A stretch of DNA of 64,000 nucleotides. Origin: Selaginella moellendorffii (Eukaryota; Plantae; Lycopodiophyta). The notes under the pieces were generated by a model. It was not told the DNA's origin. It was given only the letters and a program-made list of their open reading frames with translations, and made no database searches. Position numbers and translations under genes: made by a program. Where the stretch lies: positions 2,604,719-2,668,718 of the forward strand of contig NW_003314273.1 in NCBI RefSeq assembly GCF_000143415.4. The letters are read 5' to 3'. Positions 1-12,580 of the stretch are shown one piece after another; the first letter of the stretch is position 1, and each line of letters begins with the position of its first letter.

Positions 1-3000
1 GCATTGTAGTAGCTTTGACTGGATTCTCAATAGTGGTCCATTATGCAAAGCTTAAGTTGGTTCCTTGTTCCTTGAGGGTTTGCCCATAAGGTGTTGGAAA
101 AAAGTTATAGCGTTCATTTGCTATAGCTCATCGGTTGTTCTGTTAGCACTTGGAGTAGATTATTGGATGGAGAAAGTGTGTAGTTGAAACATTGACATCG
201 CTAGCACTTGTGTTAGTGGAAGTGGCATAGTTATTTCGAGTGATGAGGAATTTTCCTTAAACCTTGATTTTCCATGTCATTTTTCTTGTTAGTGTATTAA
301 GCTTCACATTAGATCTTGAGAATGATTGAAGAAGAGTGTTAGTGCAATATGGATATCTGAAGATATGGTCTTCTTGTTCAAGCCTTGGATGTTCCATTTG
401 CATTTTACGGATGTCGGTGTTGAAAGAATGGGCAGAAAGATGTTCGAGGCTTAAGCATACTATGGGTCATGAGAATTGGTGTCAAAGTGAACCTATGTGA
501 AGTTGTTGGTAGGAGGAAGTTGGTTGAGTCTTGAGAGTTTGCATTCCTAGACTGAGAGTCATTCTTTCTCTGGGATGGAAAATTTTCCACAAATTTTTTT
601 AGACTTTTCCAATGGCTGATCTGTTATCACTTTGCTCGAAAACCATTCCATTTTCGTAAGCCAGTACAAATTAGTGAATGGGTTGGAGTTAACTTCGGTT
701 GGCTTAGACCTTAGTAGGTAGTTTGTATGATGCGGCCCGAAAGGGATGTTGACTTTTGAAGCTAAAGCAATTGAGTTGGATAGAGTCTGGAGTTGATGTA
801 GAAAAGTGGCCATTGCATTTTTCTAGAAAGGTGACCCTTGTGCCTTTCTTTTGTAGCATTGTGCTTGGTGGCAAGTTGCATTTTGCATTTTGTTAGACTC
901 TATGAGAGTAATAGGCTTACTAGCTTCGGTCTAGGTCTGACGATAAGCTTATCCGCCGAAGAGCCAGAAGGCTATGTTTGTGGGCTACAGCCTCGATCAC
1001 AAAGCCTATCGTCTCTGGAATCCAATCACGAAGCAGGAGATCCTGAGCAGAGATGTGGTTTTCAACGAGAATTCGTTTCTTCCTTAGTGAGCTCTCACTG
1101 ATCTTGACTTGGTCTTGGTGGCCCTGCGCCTTGGCTGAGGATGGTGATGTCCAACTTAGTTGTTCGAGGTTGAGATGTTGGTACCCGTATTATAGCTTTG
1201 TTTATGAGGAGGTTGTGTACCGATATGAGTCCATCTCATGGTCTTCACTTTAGTTTCGACTTAGTGTTGATTATGTGTAGCTAGCCTCTTCAAGGCATGC
1301 TCAGACCTATTGACTAGATGTGTTGGTGAGCTTATCGCGGTTGAGTTGGATTTGAGTGGTCATTTAGTTTATGCTTGTCCATGAAACTTTATCTCATACC
1401 TAGGGTATTACGTTTATATTGGACAAGTGTATGACTAAATGACATGAGTTTAGTGTTTGGGTCTTGTGAAGGCAGGTTGAAAGAGTGATTGTTAGTTGCT
1501 TTGCGACTAGTGATTGCTTGTAGACTTTGTCAAAGATTGTTAATACTTGCTTCACTCGATGATGATTTAACGGTGATGGGTTTGCTTTACCAGATGGTGT
1601 TGCGGAAGATCGTGTCGTTAGACTTACATGGGTTTTCCATGTTGGCAAATTGACTCTACTTCTGTCGATATCATTTGGTTGCGTTTAGTTAGTGGTGTTG
1701 GATTTCATTGAGTCTTGGATGTGGTGATTCACTCCTTGATGAAGTGTTATCTGTAACTGAGTATTGTTGAAGGATTGGTCTCGGATACTGAGTTAAGTAT
1801 CTTCGACCTTGGTTAGCTTAGTTGCTAGAGAGTTTTAAGTGGTGATTTACTTTTGCTTTCTTCTAGCTTTGTTATAGTGTTGATGGCATTGAAGTGATGC
1901 CTTATCATTGATATTATTGATATTGGGATTCAAGTGAGATGAGATGTCTCCCTTTAGGATTGATATTGAGTTTCATTAGTCTCGATGAAGATAGTGTTGA
2001 TGTTTTGGCTATGGCTTTGTGTTATTAGCATTTGTGCAATTGCTAGTTAGCAACTATGTTGACGTTCAAATGAACTGAAAGACAAGTTTGAGTTAGTTGT
2101 GTTTTAGACGAGATTATTTAGTAGGGGTTAAGCTTTGGCTTTTCCTTGAAAAGTGATTCAGTTGTGGACTATGCTAACTCCACAAGTGGAAGAGTTAGTG
2201 ATCGATATTGGAATGTTTGAATCCTTATTAGATTTGAATTGGAATATATCAATCATTGATGATTCTTCTTGTGCTTGTTATGAAGTGAGTTACGTCTTGT
2301 TATAAATGGATTCATGGAGGATCGTTTAGTGATCACTTGTTGAGCATAACTTCGTTATGTTTAGCTTTTGGATTGATGCAGATATACTCTTCATTAGCTT
2401 TGGCATTATGAAGTTTAGCTTATGGATGTGTTGAGGAGGATATTGTGGGTTGTACCATGGTTTCTTCTTTACCATTGAAATTGGTTCATGCAAAACTTGT
2501 GATCATTGTTATGCAAGACTTGGCTATAGACTTCTTCGAGCTTTTGGTTCTTTGAGTTTTATGCTTATTGTTCCATTTGTTAGAAGTTATTGGGGAAGGC
2601 ATTTTAGCTCATTAGCTTCGCTATTGAAATTGGTTTTTGCATTTAGCAATCATTGGTGATGATTGACTACCATTTAAGATAATTGATTATCCTTGTCAAA
2701 AGGTTTGCTTGATTATTGTTGATATAGGATGAATTGCCATTCTTCAGGATGGTGGCTTCCTTCTTTGACGATGATTATGCATCTCTCTTTTGATGGGATG
2801 ATTAATGATCTTTCATGATAGTTAGTTGTTCTCTTTGATGGCTTTTGGCTTTTCGCAATACCACATGTTCTTTGTGGTTCGCTTTGGATTGGTCTTTTGG
2901 GTTTGAGACATCTAGTAGGATGTTGCTGACACTTGTTTGAGCAACTCTAGTTCCTTGGTATTGTTGACCGGGATCTATTCGGATTGGCTTTTGTGATAGT

Positions 3001-3965
3001 TGGCATGAATGGGTGTTTGTTGGTCTTACCACATTCATTCTATTGTGTTGATTGTTGCTTGAGTTAGTTCTGATAGATTGGGATGTTATTTCCTTCAGGT
3101 GATACATTCGCGAGCATCTTGCTTACTAATCAATGATACTTTGTGTTCTTGAGTTATCTTTTGTAAGTTGTTTGGCATTCTGTCTGCAATCTTTAATAGT
3201 TAAACTTTATCATTGAGTTAACTTGATGATCTACTTGCTATTGAATTTTGTTTGATGGTGAATCCTATGTTTACCAACTATGATGATCTTGGTGGTTCCT
3301 GCACTATTATACTGGTTTATCGGATAATAACTTGCTTAGAATACTTTTGTGTTCTAATCTAAGATATATTCACTGATAATTAAGACTCTAAGATATCATT
3401 GTCTATGACTTTGATATTGTCCATTTATTGATCTTTGAACTTGGGCCAGTATAGGCAGACTGGTTTCAGCACTTCGTGTGCATGGTGAAATCTCTAGTCA
3501 TGGGGTAGCTACTATCGACTAGTCACATAACCCGCCTCTTTGTCGATGTTCCTTATTCTGTTAAAAGGGCGTGACCATGTAAACAACTCTAACTGCCTGT
3601 TTACAGTAGTCTATCTAAACCTTACCGACAGGTTTGGTTTCTTTGCTCAGGAGGGTTGGGGCCTCTAGCTCCTCTCTCTATGTCTCTGCAGGCAGGGCAT
3701 ATCACACTTTTGTAAGCTGGATGACAACCAGAGCAGCAAGGGTGGCTGACTCTATTGGTCATTTCCTTGTCGACGACGGCCGGAAGGTGTCTGAGCTGGT
3801 AGCGCATCCGCGTTAGACAAAGAGGTTGCTCCCTAACTCATTTAAGTTGGTGCATTTCTCACATAGTGTGAGTACCGTGAACTTTTTCTGGAGTTGTTTC
3901 CTTGGCGGTATTCTAGACTCGAGTATGCATCAACGAGGATGTCGATCTTCCCAAGGGGGGGAGAG

Positions 3966-5111
3966 TGTCGCAAATGTGACTTCGGGTATCGAAAGTTACC
4001 TGTCAGCTAGTCCTTATGGACACTCTTACCTTACTGCCACGATGGCAGGAGGTCGGTATTGCTGGACCCATTATCAGTTTCCCACTTGAGCTAGTTGAGA
4101 AACTGGTCAATGACCATGAACTTAGATTGGATAAACATAAGGTAGGAACCCTATGTGTTTCTTGCTGAGCTTACTCGGCCTGGTTTGAGAAACTTGAGTC
4201 ATTGGCTTGCACTTGCTAGTATCAAGAACCCCCGTGATATTGAGATTGGTCCCTCAATATCGCTAGATGATAGCTTACCATGTTTGCCAAACACCCTCGC
4301 TATCATGCCCTTTGTGTTGGTCTCATTTCGGTCCCAAATGCTATTTATGGAAAGCGTCCAGATTTGCTCATTTGGCATATCTACGGAATGTAGAGATCGT
4401 ACTGAACACAATGGTGTTCGTCCCGTGTCCAAATTCGCAATCTAGGGACATTCCATATTTAGTAAGTTTCGAGCTTGTCCCAGAGACTAACTTCTGATAC
4501 TAAGGGAGGCTTGGGGTGAAAGCCCAAAGCGTGTGTTCCTCAAGAAGGGGGGCCTGTGGGGGGTTCCAAATGTATAGTAGGGATAGTGGGTAGGTCGGGC
4601 ATGGCTGACCAACCTGAGGCATAGTTTAGCTCCCGCTTGCGTGCCTGTCCTTGGTTCTGCGTCCGGCTTGGGTCTAAGCCCAAGTTCCATTCCATGCTAG
4701 CTGGTGGAGTACCCATGTCCTCACGTTAGGCCACTGGTATGCCGAAATAGCGCCAGACTCCGTTTGGCTCCATTTTGCGTGCTGGTCCTAGCATTGGGAT
4801 GTTGGTTGCTCCAGGACTGTTCCAAGTCGCTCCGGACTCCTGTCCCTTCGCTCCTTGGGCTTTATGCTCGGGAGTTGCTCCGTGGTTCAGTTCCGTCACT
4901 CCTTGGTTCCATGCTTGGGAGTTTGGCACCGTTCCTTCGTTCAGTGGCCCAAGGCCTTGAACCTCGGGTTCCTGTGGACACGTGGCATGGACATGTGGCA
5001 TGTGACATGTGGCATCTGTCACGTGGCATAAAGAGGGTTTAGGTTCCGCTTCGTGGTGTTATCCTATGGTAAATCACCATAGGATAAAGGGTCAAAACCA
5101 CATGCGTTACA
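3966..5111 (+). repeat. 3' LTR of copy 1 (~1.15 kb)
   Basis: TG...CA ends, PPT immediately upstream, aligns with LTRs at 32951-34067 and 38510-39640. Confidence 0.9.
4976..5029 (+). promoter_or_regulatory. Tandem ABRE/G-box array in LTR (GGACACGTGGC plus three related units)
   Basis: ggACACGTGGCat-ggACATGTGGCat-gtgACATGTGGCat-ctgtCACGTGGCat. The first unit is identical to the wheat Em1a ABRE. Function is untested. Confidence 0.6.
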
Positions 5112-5429
5112 TTTGCTCTCTTCTCATATTTCTAACAAGTTTGTTGTTCCAACATTTGTAGATTTTCTAGACGAGGATTCTATGCCATCAGCAATTGCTA
5201 TACTGACATTCAGTGTCCACAAGGTGCAGAGCAAGATTTACCTTCTTTTGATGAAGTTTGCAAAACTCAAAAACTTGAGCCATGGATTCAAAAGTTTCGA
5301 GATGGGTTCGAGAATCTTGCATCACTTGCTAATGACTTGCCATTTCAGCATTTACATTCTTAATATTACCTTGAAGACGTCCTTCTTTATTTTATTGGGC
5401 TGAATTCTGATGATCATTTATGGCTGGTG

Positions 5430-6600
5430 GTGCTTTTAATCTTTATTCCACAATTTCTGCATGCCTACCATGGTTCTTCTATTCTAGGTAAGTATATGGG
5501 ACATCATCATATGACTGAGAAGTTATCCAAATCTTTCTATTGGCCGGAGATGTAATGTGATGTTATTCAGTATGTGTGTAGTTGTGTTTAGTACCAAACT
5601 CATAATGCTCCCCCTTATGTTACAGAAGGACGGTTGGAGTCAATTACAGTTTTCTATCATCTTATAGGACCTTTTCCAAGATTGACTACTGCCAATGAGT
5701 ATTTTATTATTATTTTTGACTATTTAATTTGTTAGATGGAAGTTGGTACTCTTGTTAGTGCCTTTGCAACTACTGTTAGATACTTCCTCCTCAATCGAGT
5801 GGTGTTCCAACATTCTTACCTTGAGTGGATTCTTTTGAATAATGGTCCCATACTTATGGTTGAGGCATTTCATGTTTTGACATCTTGGACTTTCACAAGT
5901 GCTTATCATCCATATTTAGATAGTTTGGTGGAATGGCTAGTTCGAACATTCAAAGGGATGATCGTGAAATATATGAACTTTTAGCATTCGGATTGGGATG
6001 GTTATTTGCCGTCTCTTCAGTATGCATATGTCACAAGGGTGTAGAGTTCTATTGGTGCTTTACCATATAAACTATTATATAGTCATGATTTAATATTACC
6101 AATGGAGTTGGGTTTACTTTTGTAATTGCCACAAAATGCCAATGCTAGGTCGTGGGATCAATATTTAATGAGCATTCTTCCACTTGTTTGAGTAGAGTCT
6201 ACCAAATATATAGGCCACATATAAGTGAGATAACAATAGTGCTACAACTCCAATCATCGTTCATTTGCAAAGTACAAAGTGGATAACTTAGCGTTAGTCC
6301 ATTTCCCCTATTTTATGGTACATGATTTATCTAAGGGGCTCTTTGCTCAATGAAAAGGACCGTATTATGTGTTGCAGCAAGTTGAACTGCAAGTCTACAA
6401 TGTTCAACATAACATCCAACAGGCCAATCCTCCAAAAATTGTGCATATGCAGCAATTAAAACACTTCATATAAAGGGATCAAGAATAACTAATACCACCT
6501 ACAAATCCACCAATGCCTCTTTCTTATGTTTCTCTAAATCTTGGCCCATCTACGAGAGAACTCTGATGGTCTTCTATCATTTCGAGAGGAGGGGATGATG
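5430..6600 (+). mobile_element. Degenerate Ty3/gypsy integrase remnant ending in a PPT
   Basis: Broken translation shows zinc-binding H..H..FYWPEM..CV, IGPFP and AYHPYLDSLVEWLVRTFK (cf. AYHPQTDGLVER). Purine tract GAGAGGAGGGGA-TG at ~6584-6597. Related to the minus-strand remnant at 56150-57400. Confidence 0.75.
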
Positions 6601-6604
6601 TGAA

Positions 6605-7235
6605 TATAAAACTATATATTATCCTCTAAGTTAAAAGGATGTCTATAACAGCAGCTATGTAAACCTAAAAGCTAAGTCATTAAACTTCTGAAAATAATGT
6701 TATTGAGCTCTCCACATTGAAGGGCATAAAAATTGTTCTAGCTATTTAAAAACTGGAGACTTCATAAAAAATTTATTAGAACAATCTCAATAGAATAAAG
6801 ACTAAAGGGTAAAAGGCCATAATGGCAACACCATTATCATGGTGGGTAATGGCTAAGATATTAACATTAATATTTATTGCTATGTAATCTAGACAAGCAC
6901 TTAGCCTTATTAGGTGCTACCCTTAGTATTCATAGAATTAAAGACAAATCAGTCATAAAAAAGAAATTGTATAAAAACTATAAAAAAAATAAAGGAAACC
7001 ATGTTGCTGTTTTGGCATAACAAATTCTTCAGTAATATAGTTGCCTTCTATGGTTAATTCTCTTAGAATGCATCATTTTTATTGACTCTTTGCTCTTGAA
7101 AAACTTAACATTCCCAATTTTCTCTTCAGAATAAAGTATTCAAACATTCTTAAGCAAGTAATTATCATTAGCAAACACAAACTTTAAAATATAATCATGC
7201 AGTTTCCAACATAATAAAAATAAATAATGTATTTC
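6605..7235 (+). repeat. AT-rich dispersed repeat, inverted homologue of 44810-45490
   Basis: Long colinear reverse-complement match, e.g. gctaagtcattaaacttctgaaaataat versus attattttcagaagtttaatgacttagc. Confidence 0.85.
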
Positions 7236-9268
7236 TACTGTGAGTGCATAGGGAATACAAAAAATGTGCATATTAATTAACCCAAAAACCATAGCTTATA
7301 TACAGGAGTAAGTAGTCAAGATTAAAACCAATCCGACAGTTACCAAAATCCCACTACGCTAATATTAATACATAGCATTTTAGCCATACACTTGGCAAAA
7401 CATCATCAACTCTTGGGTGACTACTAACTTTTCAACTTCCAACTCAACAACTATTAGTGGATGAGCTTGAGTTACAATTTGTAGTAACTGCCTTCTTCAT
7501 TGAGACTGATTAACATGAAGGCAAAGCATTGTCTACTAAAAGTGGCGGATAGTGTGCCTCCTACCTTTGCATGGTGATAGCAAATGTTTCCAAGTTGTAG
7601 GGGGAATCTGGTGAGCCTAGAGACTCTGTTTACATTTCAACATACTTAACCTATGAGTCGAGGACACCTAAGATGATCTCTGTTCCCACACCCTGTTTAT
7701 TCACTATAGTGACTGGCTCAATCGTATATAAGCACCCCTATCCAGAAGATCCAAGCCCCGTGCCTCCCTACCAACCATGTTGTTGCAAGAGTTGATCACT
7801 CTTGAACTGTCCTATCCACAGATGTGAGCAAGCAATCCACTCCTCATTCTCGTTGACACCAATATGATCATCTATGAAATCATGTGGTCCTGAGAAGTGA
7901 ATGAGCTTCACTAAATCTGCCGGAGCTTTTCCTTTCTGATCTCGCTTGTTTTTGCACCAATTGTACATGGCTTGTGCTGAAAAACTTGTTGTTGTGGAGG
8001 CCAAGGAGTAGGTGTGGAAACAATAGCATAGTTTCCCCATGCCATATATATTCTTGCTTTGCTCTGTAATGTTCCTTATCATGACCATAAAACTGACAAA
8101 ACTCATATTGGGGTGAATACCAGATGTTGACATTTGCATTGTCTAAGTAACCTCATGTTGGTGGAATTTGGTTATAGCCCTACTCCTAAGCAGCATCAAC
8201 TGTTCCTTGGCCTTGGCCATGGCCAGCCTGTTGTTGCCTCAATGAAGTTGTCTCTATTTCTATCCGATTCAACCTTTTGGTCATCTTCTGTTGACTTTGC
8301 TTGAAAGTGCCATCAGAGAGCATCTAAGTAGAGGAAGGAGTAAATCTCTACCAATACATTGTGTGACAGTCCTCCTCATACACCGTTGTTCTTTTCTAAG
8401 GCAATCTCTTGTGTTCTTAAGTGATAGCATATTGCATAACTTTGTCCAGCTTCTTTAAGCACTTCCCACAAACTTTGTGAGCAAAAATAGATGCATACAA
8501 TTCATATACACCTTTACCACCTGAGCTCCATTACACTATATGTTCATGCTCTCACACTTATGAATATATTATTTGAAGTAGATATGATGCTCATAGATGG
8601 ACTTTTGCAATTGCATCTTGTATGCATTAAGCTTAGCCATAATGAAATAAAATCTGTGAATTAGCTCAAATCACTGCACTAAACACTAGAAATATCAAAT
8701 CACTTTAAGATATCTTGATGACCAAATATTCACTTGCATGCAGCTCATTCCATCACCAAATTAATCAAGAAAACACTTTCTAAACAGCTCAAGACCAAAT
8801 GCCTCCACCCATATACCATTTACAAATGCAAAACAGATCCAACAGGAAATAAAGGCAAGAACATGACATCAAAATCCTCAAATCCCTACACAAACCTAGC
8901 CATTTTGGATTTATTGGGTAGATTATAATGTGGCACCTCTTTTACAACAAAAATAAGCTCAATCCACTCTATATCCTGCAAGAATTCTTACTCCAAAGTC
9001 CATACATTAAATCACCCAAAACTTCAACTTTTAGCTTCCATTCCTCTGGGATGTTCCAGATTCAAAGGGTGAACAAGCCAAGAAGAGGACCTGGAAACCC
9101 TAAAATACACTATATACTATAAAATATGCTTGACATATTCCCATACACAAGCCATGATACAGCCTTGAAGCTCTCTCCATTTCATTCAGCAGTATCCTGT
9201 GATGCTTCGTACGAATGACTAATGTCTATAAGCAAGAAAAGACTTACCAAGAGCAATGAAGGTAAGAC

Positions 9269-11806
9269 CCGTGTTATGAACACGGCCGGGATCCCGGCCG
9301 TGTTCACCGTGTTTCACGAACACGGCCATGGGTCGTGTTCCCACGGCCGTGTTCGTGAACAGTGGTCCGTGTTACTAACACGGACCACTGTTCAGAATAT
9401 TCTCGCGCGGAATATTCTGGTTTTAGGGCGCACGGCATCACACGACAATCCAGCCAGGGCGCACCATTTCAGGGCACAGCAGCAGCAATCCAAGGCAAAC
9501 AAGCATGGCGCAGCAATCCAGCATACTGCGAAAGCATCCTTCTTCGCGATGGTGGGATGAGGTAAGTGTTCTTGAGAGCAGGGGGCATGGCCACAAATTA
9601 TGGTCATGCAAATACTGCCCAATGGTGAACAAACTGAGTGGTGTTGATCGTGTGCGAGCTCATCTGTTAGGAGAAGGCCCAGGCAGCAAGGATATTGTGA
9701 GTTGTCCTCTCATCCCAGGTAACAAGAAAGCGGATCTGCTCAATATGCAAAAGGTTATTGATTCCGAGAAAGGGGCAAGGGGGAAGAAACGGCCGAATGA
9801 ATCTGGTGGTGCTTCTATGAGAATGGATGGCAATGTCCAAGGATTTCCACTGGTGGTATCATCCCAGTCAAGTGGAAGTGGCTGCAGTTCCCTGTTTTTT
9901 AGCAAACAGAGTCAAGTCCATATTGTTGATTCGATGGATCCTGAGCGGAAGAACCGAGTTGATGTGGCTATCGGAAGATTTTTCTGGAATGAACACATTC
10001 CATTTGTCAAGGCTCGGTCACCTTACTTCCTCAACATGATACAGGAAGTTGCCAGGCATGGTGTGCCTTATGCACCACCAAAATATGATGATCTCCGGGA
10101 TAAGCTTTTGGTGAAAGAGAAACGATTCATTGACATTGAGATGGCGTCCTTGAGGAAGCAGTGGGAGCAGAGGGGTGCAACCATATGCGCAGACGGGTGG
10201 GCAGATAGGAGGAATCGGCATATCATGGGGCTTGTGGCATATAGTCAAGGACGAGGAGCTTTTTTGAAGGCTATCGACATTTCCTTAACAGGAAAAACAG
10301 CTGAAAATACTCTGCGCTGCTGGGAAGAAGGCATTAACATTGTAGGTGCAGAGAACGTTGTCATGGTTGTGACCGATGGGGAAAATGCAAACAGAGCAGC
10401 AGCAGCACTTTTGCAATAGAGGTACCCGAAAATTCAATGGGCAGCATGTTTTGCCCATTGCTTGAACAATGCCTTGAAAGACTTCGGTGTACTTCCATGG
10501 ATGGCAACACTTCTGGAGCGTGGAAAGTCTTTGGTGATCTTCGTTAGAAACCACTCTCATATAGTGGCACTGTTGGCGGAGTTTACTCACAAGTGATTGC
10601 TGCGTTATTGTGATACCAGGTTCGGCTACAACTTCATTATGATGGAGAGGCTGGTGGAGCTCTGAGAAGCTTTACAACAGATGTTCGTATGCCCTGCGTA
10701 CAGAGCAAGGCCTGAGTCGAAGTCGAGAGCAGGAAGGGACAGTTATGCAACGGTTTTTGATGACAGTTTCTGGCAACAGGTTAAGGACATGCTAGAGGTG
10801 TCCAAGGATGTTATGCTGCTTCTTCGTGTTGTGGACGGTGATATACCTGCGATTGGAAAGATATATGAGTGCATGAACAGGTTGGATGCAAGTTTAGAGG
10901 AAGGACAGTCGGATTATGGCAGGTACAGGGAACTTCATCAGATCATGTCTAATAGGTGGCATGAGTATCACTCGCTCATGCACTCGGTGGCGTACATGTT
11001 GGACCCCGAGTTTCAGGAGTATGAAAAACATGCTAACAGAGAGGTCATGAAGGACTGGAATGCTTATCTGCTGGCCATGTTTACATCCAGTGAGAGGGAT
11101 GTGATACGTGATGAGCTTTTAACTTACCGGAGGATAGGAGGCATTTTCAACTCATATGATGCTAAGGCTGATCGCACTAAGAGGGGAGCTGTACGTTGGT
11201 GGGAGGATTATGGTTATGAAACTCCAGCTCTTCAGAAGTTGGCCATTCGAGTTCTAAGTCAGGCATGCTCGTCGTCCTCGGTAGAGAGATTGTTCAGTAC
11301 TTTCGAGCATGTTTCTTCAAAAAAGAGGAACAGACTTACCATGGACAGGACAGCGGATCTGGTTTTTGTGGCTTGCAACACCAGGTTGTTAACCTGCAAA
11401 AATGATCGTGATTACGACAAGTTTGTAAGCTACAAAGTCCTGGAGACAGTTCCTCATCCTGAAGACGAGCTTGAGTCAGGACAGGAAGAGGAAGATGGAG
11501 ATGATGTCGAAGATCGTGAGGTCGAAGATCATGAGGTTGAAGATGACGATGAGATGCAGGATATTTGAGTAGTTTAAAAGTGTGAAGTAGTTTATGTGCA
11601 AATAAAAATATTAAGAATAATATAATAAAATATAGCATATTCCTATAATAATATAATAAGAAATAGAATATAATTTTTAAATAACATATTCTTAGAATAT
11701 TCAGTAGAATATTCGTGAGCCATCGTGGGCCGTGATCGTGTTCCGTGTTCGGGTTCCTGAAATCTGAGGCTTGTGTTCGTGTTCCGTGTTCGTGTTCGTA
11801 ACTATG
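9269..11806 (+). mobile_element. hAT DNA transposon (2538 bp)
   Basis: Perfect 8-bp TSD GGTAAGAC at 9261-9268 and 11807-11814. Imperfect TIRs CCGTGTTATGAACACG / CATAGTTACGAACACG. Subterminal CGTGTT repeats. Confidence 0.95.
9505..11568 (+). pseudogene. hAT transposase (BED finger, DUF659-like region, C-terminal dimerization domain) with three in-frame stops
   Basis: WSCKYC..RVRAHL, TICADGW, VVTDG, CFAHCLN, WWEDYG..PALQKLAIRVLSQACSSSSVERLFS. One reading frame, broken by TAG (10417) and two TGA (~10594, ~10663). Confidence 0.9.
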
Positions 11807-12580
11807 GGTAAGACCTCGACTTCCACTTGACAAGGTAATGCTTCATCAGCTCTTCTTCTGCCTTCTTGCCTTCCTCCGTCTTCCTTCTCCGTGAGAGTGC
11901 ATGAAACTCCTGTTAGTGCTTCCCTCCCAATACCAATAATCTGAGAATTTACTTAGCGGCTCCTAAGTAATTACATAATGCCAGTATGAGAAACGAAAGA
12001 CATTCGTGCACACTAACACAACAAAGCAGGGCATCTCGAGCTACTTTGCCACCACACTTGCAAATGGTGCAAAAATCTTTCCTCACCGCCCCATCCAGCT
12101 CCATCTCCCCACGAAATACGATGCCTTCCTCCCTGGACGAAAACCTAGAACTAAAAAACAATGGAAGAAATATGAATGCCATACCTTCCAGCTCGATTGG
12201 GATCCAGAAGCTGTGATGGATCGGAGGTTTTTATTGGTGTTAAACAAAATCTTTGCCAGTTTACTTTTACACTTACCTAATACCCAATCTGGCATGGCGT
12301 TTTAGGAGGACGTAGATGCGTTGATCTCGTGCTTGATCGCCTCGCCCCTTGACACCAAACCGCGTCTCGCTCTGGATGGTTCAAGAAGCCCGCAAGTCCA
12401 CTCGGTGGTGAATGAAAAGATGCAGAAACCTCTGTTGGAACCTCGGACTCCATCGCGATGGTTCTAAACGTTTCTGAGGTACTATGAAAGAGCAGATGAT
12501 TTACCAACCAGTTTGGTTCAAGAACTCGGAGTAGTTCAACAAACATAACTTTTTTAAACTTCTAATGCCACGAACATGCA

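Larger units (their letters stand above)
1..5111 (+). mobile_element. Non-autonomous LTR retroelement (LARD-like, decayed Ty1/copia internal region), copy 1; 5' part lies outside the window
   Basis: Polypurine tract AAGGGGGGGAGAG at ~3953-3965, then LTR TGTCG...GTTACA at 3966-5111. The whole region is the reverse-complement homologue of 32951-37300. There is no long ORF, only faint copia-like motifs (e.g. WILNSG near 20). Confidence 0.85.
9140..12295 (-). pseudogene. Truncated CHD3/PICKLE-CHR4-like chromatin remodeler 5' fragment (PHD remnant plus chromodomain 1), split by a hAT
   Basis: Removing the hAT and one TSD restores EEELMKHYLVKWKSRSYLHCSW|intron|ILLNEMERASRLY (CHD chromodomain). PHD-like KDFCTICKCGGKV at ~12000-12080. 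N-terminal MPDWVLGK at 12295. No helicase exons follow. Confidence 0.75.

Noticed and set aside
4704-5042. Recurrent 103-125 aa ORF (MEYP.P.VRP...), also at 32178, 33020 and 38526
   Set aside because: It lies inside the LTR, starts at GTG, has no recognisable domain, and recurs only because the LTRs are near-identical.
7768-8139. 123-aa minus-strand ORF
   Set aside because: No recognisable motif or gene structure, so it is left uncalled; a BLASTX search is needed.
9269-9400. CRISPR-like or regulatory repeat array (CGTGTT/AACACG units; also 11730-11806)
   Set aside because: These are hAT subterminal repeats in a eukaryotic context, with no spacers or cas genes.
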